Positions 1-10,000 are shown, counted from the first letter of the stretch. The stretch: 19,030 bases of DNA from a bacterium (GCA_046757525.1 JBHHYI010000079.1:1-19030), one strand, 5' to 3'. Numbers and translations are program-made. Notes: generated by a model from the sequence alone, not told the origin.

Positions 1-14
1 AGAGAAGGCTGTGC

Positions 15-124
15 GAGTCATCCCGAGTAGGTCACGGCTGTTCAAGTGACCGTATTGAGGGGTGACGGGCGTCGCCCTTCGATATGTCCCGACCAAAAAC
101 GGTCGGGACTACTCAGGACGACTC
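15..124. repeat. Cruciform palindromic REP-like element (four-way junction)
   Basis: The outer stem GAGTCATCCCGAGTAG (15-30) / CTACTCAGGACGACTC (109-124) has 2 mismatches. Inner arms are GGTCAC/GTGACC (30-35/46-51), TATTGAGGGGTGAC/GTCGCCCTTCGATA (53-66/71-84, with G-T wobbles) and GTCCCGACC/GGTCGGGAC (86-94/101-109). Repetition elsewhere in the genome cannot be seen from this window. Confidence 0.65.
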
Positions 125-319
125 CCTTTGGGCTCAAAGAGAATCAACTGTCGTTCCGCTTCAAAAGAGCGTTTCCTAAAAGTAACACGGGGCGCGATTT
201 GGGCGAATGCGTTGCGTCCATTACGGTTGAAAAAGCGACCGGGATCGGAAAAAATTGTGGCATAAGAACGAATTATTCTTATCTTTAAGTCCATTACCAT
301 TCAAAAAGCGGAGGAATTT

Positions 320-2707
320 ATGAGGCGTCTGAGACAGAAACTGTTTGTTGGCCTGTTGCTTTTGGGTTGCCCGTGGGCGATCGAAGCACAGTCTTTAACT
401 CGGCTGGAGGTTGCCACAATTATGCAGGAGCCGAAAGAATGGATGGGGTCATTTCCCAGGGATCCATTTTGGTCGGAGGATGGCAAGTGGATTTATTTTT
501 ACTGGAATCCAGAAGGAGCCGACTCGGACTCGCTCTACAAAATTTCACCTGACGGGACCCAGGCGGAAAAACTTTCCTGGGAGGAACGTTGGCGTCTGCC
601 CACTGCACGGGGAGAGTATTCGCGCGACTATCGGTACAAATTGTTTGTGCGCAATGGCGATGTGTTTCTTTACGACATCCGACGCGCCAGGCTATTGCAG
701 ATCACCAATACCAGTGAGAAGGAATCCCGGGCTCGATTCTCCCAGGATGAAAAAACCGTGGTCTATCAACAAGGGTCAAATCTCTTCCGGTGGGAAAGAG
801 CTACGGGCGCAACGGTTCAGATCATCGACTTTCGCAAGGGAGAAAAGCCAAAAACTGAGCCTGAAGCCAAAACCGAGGAGGAGAGATTTGTCAAAGACGA
901 AGAAATGTCTCTCATTGCCGTCCTGCGTAAGCGGAGAGGGCTGCGCGACCGTACGCGTTCAGCAAAAGAGCAGGAGAATAAGGGCCGCCCCGCTAAAGTC
1001 TATGTCGGAAGCAAGAAGGTCGAGATTCCGACCCTTTCTCCCGACGGCCGCTTCGTCACCTTGCGCTTGCGTGACAAAAACAGCTCGAAGAGAACCATGG
1101 TGCCCGACTACGTCACAGAGAGCGGCTTTACAAAAGAGTTGAAGGCCAGAAGCAAAGTAGGGTCTCCCCGGGCTTCCTCTCGCTTTGCCTTCGTCGATCT
1201 CGAACGCGATACCTTGATCTACTTAAGCGCTGACAGTCTACCTGGAATCTATGACACCCTGGCTTTCACAACCGCTGCGGAAAAGCGCCAAAAAACCAAA
1301 GCGGATTCAACCACCGGGGAAAAAGCCAGGGAGGTGGTTTTTCACGGACCTTTTTGGAGCAAAGATGGCCTGCGGGCCTTTGTGGTAATCGTTTCAGCGG
1401 ACAACAAAGATCGCTGGTTGGCCACTCTGGATCTGCCTTCCGGTCGCTTACACGCCTTCGAGCATCAGCATGACGATGCCTGGATTGGCGGGCCTAATAT
1501 TTTTGGCTACAGCTCTCCGGGTCTGGTGGGCTGGATGCCGGACAGCAAGCGCGTCTATTTTTGCAGCGAAGAAACCGGTTACAGCCATTTGTACGTTAGC
1601 GATCCTGAAACTGGCGAGAAAAGGGCGCTTACTCAGGGCAACTTCGAGATCTACAATCCCAGGATTGCACGCGACAAAAGGCACTGGTATTTTGCTTCCA
1701 ACCAGGTGCATCCCGGCGAAAGGCATTTTTACCGCATGCCCCTTGAAGGCGGCGCTTGGGAAAAGCTTACCAACAAAGCCGGTCGTAACGATGCCGTGGT
1801 GTCACCAAATGGTAAGTGGCTGGTCGTCAGGCACTCCTATATGAATCAGCCTCCGGAGCTTTTCGTGCAACGGGCGCGTGCGGGTGCCGAAATGCGTCGC
1901 CTGACCCTTTCAACCAAAGCACTGTGGCGCAGCTATCCCTGGCGCGAAGCCGAGATTGTGCGCATTCCGGCGCGAGATGGAGCAAAGCCTTACGCGCGTT
2001 TATACCGTCCAGAAGAACCCAACGGCGCGGCGGTGATCTTTGTGCACGGCGCAGGCTACCTGCAAAACGCGCACAAATGGTGGTCGAGCTATTTTCGCGA
2101 GTACATGTTCCACAATCTGCTGGCGGATCGGGGATTTACCGTGCTCGACATCGACTACCGGGGCAGTGCCGGCTACGGCCGCGATTGGCGAACCGCTATT
2201 TATCGCTTCATGGGCGGCAAAGATTTGGACGACCAGGTAGACGGCGCCAAATGGCTGGTTGACGAATTGCACATCGACCCCAAACGCATCGGCATCTACG
2301 GGGGTTCCTACGGGGGATTCATCACCTTCATGGCCATGTTTACCATGCCGGACGTGTTCGCCGCAGGTGCTGCACTCCGGCCGGTAACCGACTGGGCGCA
2401 TTACAACCATCCGTACACATCGAACATTCTCAATACGCCGCAGGCTGACTCCACAGCTTACCGGCGCAGCAGTGCCATTTACCACGCCGGAGGTCTCAAA
2501 GGTCGTCTGCTCATCTGCCACGGTATGATCGATACCAATGTCCATTTTCAGGACACCGTGCGCCTGGTGCAGCGACTCATCGAGTTGGGCAAGACCGATT
2601 GGGAGGTAGCGATCTATCCTCTGGAAAGCCATGGGTTCAAAGAGCCCAGTTCCTGGACCGATGAATATGGGAGGATTTTGAAGCTGTTTGAAGAAACGCT
2701 GTTGTAA
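320..2707 (+). CDS. Secreted S9 family serine peptidase (DPP IV / prolyl oligopeptidase-like; N-terminal beta-propeller plus alpha/beta hydrolase)
   Basis: 795-aa ORF with a GGAGG RBS at 310-314 and a signal peptide (AIEA|Q). Propeller repeats include WSEDG, FSQDE, LSPDG, WSKDG and VSPNG. The nucleophile motif is GIYGGSYGG, with catalytic Asp in HGMIDTNVH and His in ESHGF. VHGAG and DYRGSAGYG motifs are also present. Confidence 0.95.
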   Translation: MRRLRQKLFVGLLLLGCPWAIEAQSLTRLEVATIMQEPKEWMGSFPRDPFWSEDGKWIYFYWNPEGADSDSLYKISPDGTQAEKLSWEERWRLPTARGEYSRDYRYKLFVRNGDVFLYDIRRARLLQITNTSEKESRARFSQDEKTVVYQQGSNLFRWERATGATVQIIDFRKGEKPKTEPEAKTEEERFVKDEEMSLIAVLRKRRGLRDRTRSAKEQENKGRPAKVYVGSKKVEIPTLSPDGRFVTLRLRDKNSSKRTMVPDYVTESGFTKELKARSKVGSPRASSRFAFVDLERDTLIYLSADSLPGIYDTLAFTTAAEKRQKTKADSTTGEKAREVVFHGPFWSKDGLRAFVVIVSADNKDRWLATLDLPSGRLHAFEHQHDDAWIGGPNIFGYSSPGLVGWMPDSKRVYFCSEETGYSHLYVSDPETGEKRALTQGNFEIYNPRIARDKRHWYFASNQVHPGERHFYRMPLEGGAWEKLTNKAGRNDAVVSPNGKWLVVRHSYMNQPPELFVQRARAGAEMRRLTLSTKALWRSYPWREAEIVRIPARDGAKPYARLYRPEEPNGAAVIFVHGAGYLQNAHKWWSSYFREYMFHNLLADRGFTVLDIDYRGSAGYGRDWRTAIYRFMGGKDLDDQVDGAKWLVDELHIDPKRIGIYGGSYGGFITFMAMFTMPDVFAAGAALRPVTDWAHYNHPYTSNILNTPQADSTAYRRSSAIYHAGGLKGRLLICHGMIDTNVHFQDTVRLVQRLIELGKTDWEVAIYPLESHGFKEPSSWTDEYGRILKLFEETLL

Positions 2708-2823
2708 CGGCGACGGGTTGCGCATTTGTGGACAAGCTGCTCTGGGGCGGAGCAAACAGCTTAGTTTTCTGTCAATCAGTTGGCCGCCTGACCGAGCAAG
2801 GGACAGTCTCGAAAGAAGTGATT

Positions 2824-3381
2824 TTAGTAACTCGGTGGTGTGATGACGGCAATCAGTTCCACTTCTTCGTCGGTGATGTTTTTGATGGTGTGTACCATGT
2901 CGCCACGGAAATGAATGGAATCGCCTGACTCGATAATGTGGGACGTTCCGTCTAACGTCACCTGAATGCAGCCTTTGATGACGAAAATCAGTTCCTCGCC
3001 CCCGTGCTTGTATCCGCCTGGAATGTTTTCATGCCCGGGTTTTGGGTGGGTTAGGATTACCTTTAATTTGGAATCCATGATTCCTGTGGTCAAGGACTCG
3101 ATGTAGACTTGATTCTTCTGGTCTACAATTAGCGGACGCTCGTTTTTTCTTACGATCGCAACTTTTTTGCCATTTCCCGGTTCAAAGAAAATACTCGTTT
3201 CCTGTCCTAAGGCTGAAATGAGTTTAATCAGGGTGGCCAGGGTTGGGGAGGTCAGTTCGCGTTCAATCTCAGAGATTTGTGTTGTTGATACCCCCGACTT
3301 CTGCGATAATTCCTTTAAGGTGAGGTTGTTTTCTTTTCTTAAATCTCTTAGCTTTTTGCCTACATTAAATCTGTGTGGCAT
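2824..3381 (-). CDS. XRE-family HTH transcriptional regulator with C-terminal cupin domain
   Basis: The HTH is KKLRDLRKENNLTLKELSQKSGVSTTQISEIERELTSPTL and the cupin motifs are HGGEELIFVIKG and GDSIHFRGDMVH. The start was moved from the track's GTG at 3417 to ATG 3381, which has AGGAG (3395-3391) upstream. Confidence 0.92.
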   Translation of the reverse strand: MPHRFNVGKKLRDLRKENNLTLKELSQKSGVSTTQISEIERELTSPTLATLIKLISALGQETSIFFEPGNGKKVAIVRKNERPLIVDQKNQVYIESLTTGIMDSKLKVILTHPKPGHENIPGGYKHGGEELIFVIKGCIQVTLDGTSHIIESGDSIHFRGDMVHTIKNITDEEVELIAVITPPSY

Positions 3382-3469
3382 GAGCTGTTGCTCCTGAGTT
3401 AAACACCAGAAATCCACAAGAAAAAAAGGAGACTGTTAAGGTAAAATAGCAAGATTTGGATTGTACTAA

Positions 3470-3478
3470 GTTATACCA
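3470..3478 (-). promoter_or_regulatory. Possible extended -10 promoter (TGGTATAAC) for the XRE regulator
   Basis: TGnTATAAC lies on the minus strand about 90 nt upstream of ATG 3381, in an AT-rich divergent region. No good -35 box was found. Confidence 0.35.
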
Positions 3479-3512
3479 CTTCTTTTTTTGTTTACGTTTT
3501 GTAATTTTTAAC

Positions 3513-3541
3513 TTGACATTATACTCTTTTTGCTTTATATT
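3513..3541 (+). promoter_or_regulatory. sigma70-type promoter for the lipoprotein/TonB/CTD/PorV cassette
   Basis: TTGACA (3513-3518), a 17-nt spacer, then TATATT (3536-3541). The upstream sequence is T-rich and UP-element-like. Confidence 0.75.
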
Positions 3542-3550
3542 TGTTCCTAA

Positions 3551-3591
3551 GAAATCCGGTATAGCGGAAAACTTATGATATAGCGGATTTC
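3551..3591. promoter_or_regulatory. Candidate tandem operator for the XRE-cupin regulator
   Basis: An imperfect palindrome TCCGgTATAgCGGA lies at 3555-3568. TATAGCGGA is directly repeated at 3560-3568 and 3579-3587. An outer inverted repeat GAAATCCG (3551-3558) / CGGATTTC (3584-3591) encloses both, just downstream of the predicted TSS. Confidence 0.6.
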
Positions 3592-3743
3592 ATCAACCCA
3601 TCGAAGAAACACCCTGTTCTATCATTAGAAAATCATCTTTTCAGACATGTAAATCTCGTAGACAAATAGTTTTCGAGTCTTTTTCACGAAGTTACCTTTT
3701 TATTCAAAAAGTCTGCTAATAATATCTTTTAGGAGGGCGTCTG

Positions 3744-5471
3744 ATGAATGCTTACCGTTTTTTTGCCTACTTGAAGGTAACATTGCTTCTTCTTCTCTTT
3801 TCACTCATGGTTTGGAGTTGTGGAGAAGGTCCCACTCAGGTAGATGTCCAGGGGAAGAACGATCCCCCCGATACGATAATATCGCAAAAGTCGTTGAAAA
3901 AAGTGCCTTTGGATACCGACTCAACGGGAGCCATCATAAACTTGGACCTTTTCATTTTTACCATCAGTTACAGCGGCACGGATTTAGATGGTAAGGTTGA
4001 CAGTTTTCAGGTGCGGGTCAACGACGGTCCCTGGTCGCCATTTACCGTCAAGACCACGGCTTCGGACACTGTTTCGTTCGATTCTCAAACGGCTACCAAC
4101 ACGGTGTTTGTGCGCGCTAAAGACGAGCAGGGAGATGTGGATCCCACACCAGCTTCGGCTGAATTTTCGCTAAGCGAAATTGAGGCCAACGCTCAGCCAA
4201 CCACGGCCTTTGAGTCGGGGCCGGCCAACGGTGCCACGACCAGTGCCGGCGTGCAATTTGTTGTTGCCGGTACCGATGCGGATGGCCAGGTCGTTGAGTT
4301 TTCCTTTTCAATAGATGGAGGCGCTGCCAGTTCAATTGCTGCGGATTCCGATGGTAAGACCTTAATTGAATTTAGCGAAGCTAAGGGCAATCTGTTATCC
4401 CTGGGGAATCATACAGTTTCCGTACAGGCAATTGACAATTTAGGCGGTATGGATGAGACGCCGGAAACCCGCAGTTTCTTCGTTTCTTCGGGATTCAAGC
4501 CAATCATCCAATTCCAGGCCGGTCCTGCGGACGGCGGTGGCTGGTTCTCCGATGTCGACGTCTCTTTTGCCTTTAGTGCTGAATTGAGTTTTTATAGCGG
4601 GGCATTGTTGGGATTTTCCTGGGCGTTTGATGATTCATCCACAGGTAATTTTACTGAATTCTCCACCGACGGCCTGGCTTCAATTCCTGGCGCCACCGTA
4701 ACCGAAGGCGAGCATTTCTTCGTTTTGCGGGCCAAGGATCTCGCGGGCAATCTTTCTCAGGCCGTTGTCCGATTTTCCGCTGCCAGGGCCTCCCTGGATC
4801 AAGGCATCATTATCATTGACGATTGTAATTTTTCTGAAAACGAAACATTAGAGGCCATATTTGCAGCTTCTGGCCATCCTGTTGCCCGTTATTGGGACTT
4901 CGACGGCGACGCGGCTAATGGCCACCCAAAGGATGATCTTTCGATTTGGACTCCGAGTGTACTGGGCAGATATTCAACCGCGGTTATTTTTACTGACAAT
5001 TCACCAACGGCATTTGCCAATGGAATACTGCTCGGGGCGTATGTCAAGGCTGGTGGAAACCTTTGGTTGACCTCTTATAACTGGTCCGTCGCCAGCAGTG
5101 GCTTTCTAAGCGAAATAGCGGGAATCGTTGCTGTTTTTAATAACTTTGAGTCTGCTGGAATTACTGGCGTAAACGACAGTTGGGCCAACCCCTGGGGCAA
5201 CACCGTCAACTCTGCTTTTGATGGGATTACCATCGACTTTACCGGCAGCACCAGCCTCGTTGAAATCCTGCGGCCCGGCGGTAGTGCTGAGGCCATTTTT
5301 CAGGCGACAGATGGCAGCTTCCCGACATTTCCACGTGGGGTCTTTATGCCTCATCCAGCCCCGTGGGGAAAAGTGGTTTCCTGGGGACATTCTTTAAGAA
5401 GAACCGCTGCCAATGACCCTCAGTTACAGGCTGCAGCGGCAATTATCTTAGGAGATTTCTTCGGAGAATAA
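3744..5471 (+). CDS. Lipoprotein with three Ig-like repeats and a C-terminal alpha/beta (class I glutamine amidotransferase-like) domain, function unknown
   Basis: 575 aa with an AGGAGG RBS and lipobox MVWS|C. Three repeats end VRAKDEQGDVDPTP, VQAIDNLGGMDETP and LRAKDLAGN. The C-terminal region reads GIIIIDD...RYSTAVIFT...AYVKAGGNLWLTS. Confidence 0.8.
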   Translation: MNAYRFFAYLKVTLLLLLFSLMVWSCGEGPTQVDVQGKNDPPDTIISQKSLKKVPLDTDSTGAIINLDLFIFTISYSGTDLDGKVDSFQVRVNDGPWSPFTVKTTASDTVSFDSQTATNTVFVRAKDEQGDVDPTPASAEFSLSEIEANAQPTTAFESGPANGATTSAGVQFVVAGTDADGQVVEFSFSIDGGAASSIAADSDGKTLIEFSEAKGNLLSLGNHTVSVQAIDNLGGMDETPETRSFFVSSGFKPIIQFQAGPADGGGWFSDVDVSFAFSAELSFYSGALLGFSWAFDDSSTGNFTEFSTDGLASIPGATVTEGEHFFVLRAKDLAGNLSQAVVRFSAARASLDQGIIIIDDCNFSENETLEAIFAASGHPVARYWDFDGDAANGHPKDDLSIWTPSVLGRYSTAVIFTDNSPTAFANGILLGAYVKAGGNLWLTSYNWSVASSGFLSEIAGIVAVFNNFESAGITGVNDSWANPWGNTVNSAFDGITIDFTGSTSLVEILRPGGSAEAIFQATDGSFPTFPRGVFMPHPAPWGKVVSWGHSLRRTAANDPQLQAAAAIILGDFFGE

Positions 5472-5479
5472 TGATCTTG

Positions 5480-5507
5480 CAGAAGGAATCTCCAGAGATT
5501 CCTTCTG
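5480..5507 (+). other. Intra-operon perfect hairpin without U-tract
   Basis: CAGAAGGAATCT-CCAG-AGATTCCTTCTG forms a perfect stem of at least 12 bp, 9 nt after the stop of the first lipoprotein. It is not followed by a poly-T run. Confidence 0.7.
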
Positions 5508-5598
5508 GAGAGTTGGGTCTAAGCATGCACCCACTCAAACATCGACACCAAGTAAGTCTGAAAATCATTAGGTCATCCATTAAGGAGGGCGGAAAATC

Positions 5599-7038
5599 AT
5601 GAATCTTTTTATACGCAAACGCTTTGCAAATTTTCTGATCGGATTTCTGTCGCTAAGCGCATTTCTTATCTCTTGCGCCGATGATGATCCAAATATCGCA
5701 CGATTCGAGCAGAATTTGACGGTCGAAATTATTGCTGGCCCGCACGATGGCAGCACGTTGCTAAATAATGAATTCTTCACTTTTGAATGGCGTGCTCTCG
5801 GTGGCGGTGGCGGTGTGACTTTCGACATTCAACTTTCCGGGGTAGACGCCCAGCCGATTTCCACCACCGAAACTTCAAAGACCTATCCTGGACAACCCGA
5901 AAACAGCTACACCTTTACGGTAACTGCCAGGTCAGGATCCGAAACCGCCAGTGATTCCAGGACCTTTAGCGTGGGACCAAACCTGGGTCCGCCAAATGTC
6001 GTGATTACCGGGGCCCGCGGCAGTGCTTCTTCTGGAGGTAGTGGCGTAACGCCGGCGTACGCGCCCGGACAATCGGCATTTTTCAACTGGAGCGCCGAAG
6101 ACGTCGACAAATTTGGCGAAGTCGGGGGTTTCCGTTGGAAAACCACTGACTCTGAGTCCTTTAATGAATTTTCTTTAGCCACCGTTGCTGGTTTTGAAGT
6201 ACCCGCAGCTCCCGGCGTTTACACCTTCACGCTGGAAGCCAAGGACAACGCCGACGCCGTCGCTACTGCGACCATTAATTATGAAGTCAAATCGCCCACC
6301 ATCCTGATTTTGGATGATAAGCCACAAGGAAGCGTTTTGGATGAAATTGATGAAGACAACTTCTACAAGGGTATTTTTGAAGGCTTTTCTTTTGCCACCT
6401 GGGATGTAACGGAACGGGGCATTCCCGCCGCTGCAGATTTGTCCGGATTTGATGTGGTGGTGGTTTATAGCGGCAGCGGTTCAACTATTTGGCGAACCAT
6501 TGGTGCCGACTACCCTGAAACGCCGGTGCAGTTGTCTGAATTTGTGGATGGCGGCGGCCGGCTCTGGGTTATGGGACAAGGCATCATGGAAGATGTGGCT
6601 CAGTCAAACAGCCACGACAATCCGCCTGATGCCTCTGAGTTTGAAGTTGTTTATCTGCATCTGGCACCCGCCACAGGGGATTCGGCAACCGACGCCTCCC
6701 GAGTTTGGGCGCGGGCTGGGGCCTTCTCTGGCGATTTTAAATTCAGTTTTGCTGACGACGTTTTGGGCGATCCGGTCAATTTCCCGCGCATCACCATCGA
6801 CGTGCAATCCGGAGATGTGGAAAATATCGTGCCCGGCGATGGTGCGGAAATTATCTATCAGGGCAAAGGGGGTCTGGGAGACTTGATCGGTGATGTTGCT
6901 TTGCGATTTCCTTCAGGAGGTTCAAATACACAGCTCGTATTTCTGACATTCCCATTGTTCGAGAATAGAAACGTCAAAGCGAGCTTTGTCAGCTCGCGTG
7001 CCTTGGCACAAGAGATTATGAGAGAAATGGGCCAATAA
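5599..7038 (+). CDS. Lipoprotein with two Ig-like repeats and a C-terminal alpha/beta (GATase1-like) domain; paralogue of the upstream lipoprotein
   Basis: 479 aa with a TAAGGAGG RBS and lipobox FLIS|C. The Ig-like repeats end YTFTVTARSG and YTFTLEAKDNA. The C-terminal region reads PTILILDD...FDVVVVYSG...EFVDGGGRLWVMGQ. Confidence 0.8.
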   Translation: MNLFIRKRFANFLIGFLSLSAFLISCADDDPNIARFEQNLTVEIIAGPHDGSTLLNNEFFTFEWRALGGGGGVTFDIQLSGVDAQPISTTETSKTYPGQPENSYTFTVTARSGSETASDSRTFSVGPNLGPPNVVITGARGSASSGGSGVTPAYAPGQSAFFNWSAEDVDKFGEVGGFRWKTTDSESFNEFSLATVAGFEVPAAPGVYTFTLEAKDNADAVATATINYEVKSPTILILDDKPQGSVLDEIDEDNFYKGIFEGFSFATWDVTERGIPAAADLSGFDVVVVYSGSGSTIWRTIGADYPETPVQLSEFVDGGGRLWVMGQGIMEDVAQSNSHDNPPDASEFEVVYLHLAPATGDSATDASRVWARAGAFSGDFKFSFADDVLGDPVNFPRITIDVQSGDVENIVPGDGAEIIYQGKGGLGDLIGDVALRFPSGGSNTQLVFLTFPLFENRNVKASFVSSRALAQEIMREMGQ

Positions 7039-7097
7039 CTGAGGCAGTAAGTTCGTTTCCTGGTCTTCAATTAAACCTTCAATAAGGAGCAGTCGTT

Positions 7098-10000
7098 ATG
7101 AAAAACTTAAAGTCATTAACACCGGTTGTTCTAACTCTTTTGTTTGTTGTTGGATGGGTCTTTTGTTTGCAAGGCAATGCTTTTGCAGGCACCACCGGCA
7201 AAGTTGCCGGACGCATTACCGATGCCGAGACCGGCGAGCCTTTGCCGGGAGTCAATGTCATCATCCACGGGAGCACCCTGGGGGCGGCAACGGATTTGAA
7301 TGGCTACTACACCATCTTACGCGTCCCGCCCGGCAGATATAGTGTTGAGGCCTCCATGGTCGGCTACAAAAAACTCACCAAGACTGATGTGATCGTCAAT
7401 GCCAACTTAACAGCCAGCGTTGACTTCCAATTGGCAATCACCGTAGTGGCCGGCGAAACCGTGGTGGTAAAAGCTGAGCGCCCCATGGTGATCAGAGATC
7501 TGACTTCCTCCTCCACACGGGTCCAGGCAGCAGAAATAGAAGATATACCCGGCGTGAACTCGGTGACCGACGCCATAACGCTCATGCCCGGCGTGATCGG
7601 AGATGGCGAGGATATTCATGTCCGCGGTGGCCGTTCCGGGGAAGTGGTTTACATGATCGATGGGGTTGCGGTCAACGATGCTTTGTTTAACAACGAAGTC
7701 ATCAATGTCAACAAGTATGCCATCGAAGAGGTGGAGCTGCAAACCGGCGGTTACAACGCTGAATACGGCAATATTCAGTCCGGTGTGGTCAATATTGTGC
7801 CGCGCACGGGTGGGCAGAAATACTCAGGTCGAATTGCCTATTTTACCGACGATTTTGGCAGCGGTGATTTTCCGGCAGACATCCTCAGCAGTCTCAGCCC
7901 AAATGAACGCGTGGCCCTCGATCCGCGCAAGACCTTTAAGCCGCGCGGTACGGGTTTGCGTGCCAACTCCTTCAATACGGACCGGTGGGAATTCAACCTG
8001 GGTGGGCCGGAGCCGCTGACCAATGCCATTTTGCCAGCTTTAGGCCTTAAGAGCTTAAAAAACAAGGTTACCTTTTTTCTCTCCGCTACCGCAGAAATGT
8101 CCGATGGCTATCTGCCCAACGAAAATCAGGATGCTGATCCGACCCACTTCGATGAAACTTTTCAAAAAGCCCAGGATATCCAGGAACCGGGCGAAGCACC
8201 GGTGACCACGTTTTCGAATCCGCGGAAAGTGGGCCATCCGTTCAAGAGCGATTTTCTTGGTCTGTTCGACTTTGGTGGCCGCTTTTCTAACAACCTGACC
8301 CTGAGCGCAACAGTCAATTACAACCCGGGCGCTAACTACAAAGCCAGCGTAAGTTTTGTGGGTTCGAAATTCTGGCAGGATGATTACCGCCACACCTATA
8401 AATTTCAGCCCACTCACACGCAGCAATTCGAGGGCGACAATACCAGTACGGTGTTTAACTGGGTGCACAACTTATCGTCCAAAACATTTTATCAGTTTAA
8501 ATTCGGGTACTTGAGAAATACGCGAGTTCAATATCCCGGAATAAGAAATGGCATCCGTTTGACGCCGGTATTCATGAACAACCGGATTGAAGGATTAGCC
8601 GGCGTGGATCCGGATCTGTTGGGCGATGGCGACGGCGATGATGAATTTTTCAACGACGCCTTTTTCGCAGAACACCCGGAATACGAACCTTTCAGAGATC
8701 AACTTTCCGGTTTTTTCAGAACGGGCTACAACGGGGACAGCACCTGGTCCACGCACAAAACCCAGACCTACACGGTAAAATTGGATGCTTTGAGCCAGGT
8801 GAATCGTTTTAACGAGGTCAAAGGTGGATTCGAATGGAAGTTCAACAACCTCAAGCAGCAGCGCATCGACTTTGGCGGCAACAAAGCGCCCCAGCGCCGC
8901 ATCGATCCACCAGACGACGGTCCCTTCATCACCTCAGGCGCTTTGCGTGATTTTTACGATCGTGAACCAAACACCGCCTCTGCGTATCTGCAGGACAAAA
9001 TAGAATTCCAGTCTCTGGTTGTTAACGTGGGATTGCGCTTCGACCTTTTTGATCCGGGCTCCGAGGTATTTGAAACGCCATCGGCACTGCTGGCTGAAGG
9101 GGAGGAAAACCAGGTCGTGAACGACAAGACCTACCTTTCCCCAAGACTGGGCATTTCGCATCCAATCACCGACCGCAGCACACTTTACTTCTTTTACGGC
9201 AGGTTCGTTCAAATTCCGACTCTGAGCGAGCTTTACCGTCGTCAAAATCGTTTCCGGATTTTCCAAAATCAGTTGAACACTTTTGGCAATCCCGATCTCA
9301 AGGCCGAAGAAACCACGTCCTACGAAGTTGGTTTTGATCACCAGTTGACCGATGTCTGGAAGATCGGCGTCACGGGCTTCTTCAAGACCAAAGATAACCA
9401 GATTAACCTGGTAACCCGGGGTCCGGAGGCCGCCCCGTTCCGTGAATTAGAAAATACAGATTTTGGCACCGACCGCGGTTTTGAAATCGAGCTGATCAAG
9501 CAATTCAGCCATTACTTTGCTGCCAATATCAACTATACGATCTTGTGGGCGAACACCCGCTCCTCCTCCTTTGATCGCGGTATCGGAGCCCAGGGGGTCG
9601 CTGCTTTTCCAAACCTGAAAGAAGTACCTGCGGACTGGGACCAGCGCCATACGGTGAACGCCAACCTGACCTTTGAAATTCCCGCCGGTCAGGGATTTCG
9701 GTTCCTGGGTACTACGGTAGACCGCATGGGTCTGAATGTCTTTATCCGATACGGCAGCGGCTTGCCTTTTACCGTCGATGAGAATGCAGACCCGACGGCC
9801 ACGGAAAATGCAGAGCGACTTCCTTATTTTCTCACCGTCGACTTCCGGTTTAGAAAGGATTTTCGGCTGGTGAGCAACCTTTTAGCCAGCTTTTATGTGG
9901 ACGTGTTCAATCTGTTTAATCGTCGCAACGTTTCCTTCTTGGTCGCTGATGAACAACACAGTTGTATAGACTGTACGCTTACGGATCCAGTGACTGGCGA

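Noticed and set aside
258..282. TGGCATA as a sigma54 box, and inverted repeat ATAAGAA-N7-TTCTTAT upstream of the S9 gene
   Set aside because: There is no -12 TTGC, and a 7-bp AT-rich inverted repeat is too weak to call without conservation data.
46..300. Short ORFs 46-288 (+), 62-265 (+) and 109-300 (-)
   Set aside because: They have no recognisable domains or RBS, and they overlap the palindromic element and the S9 promoter region.
411..2755. Long alternative-frame or antisense ORFs inside the S9 gene (411-1142, 1816-2262, 2000-2755)
   Set aside because: These are shadow ORFs of a GC-rich gene with codon bias and lack protein-like motifs.
3382..3417. GTG-start 12-aa extension of the XRE regulator
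   Set aside because: ATG 3381 has a well-placed AGGAG and the HTH begins immediately after it.
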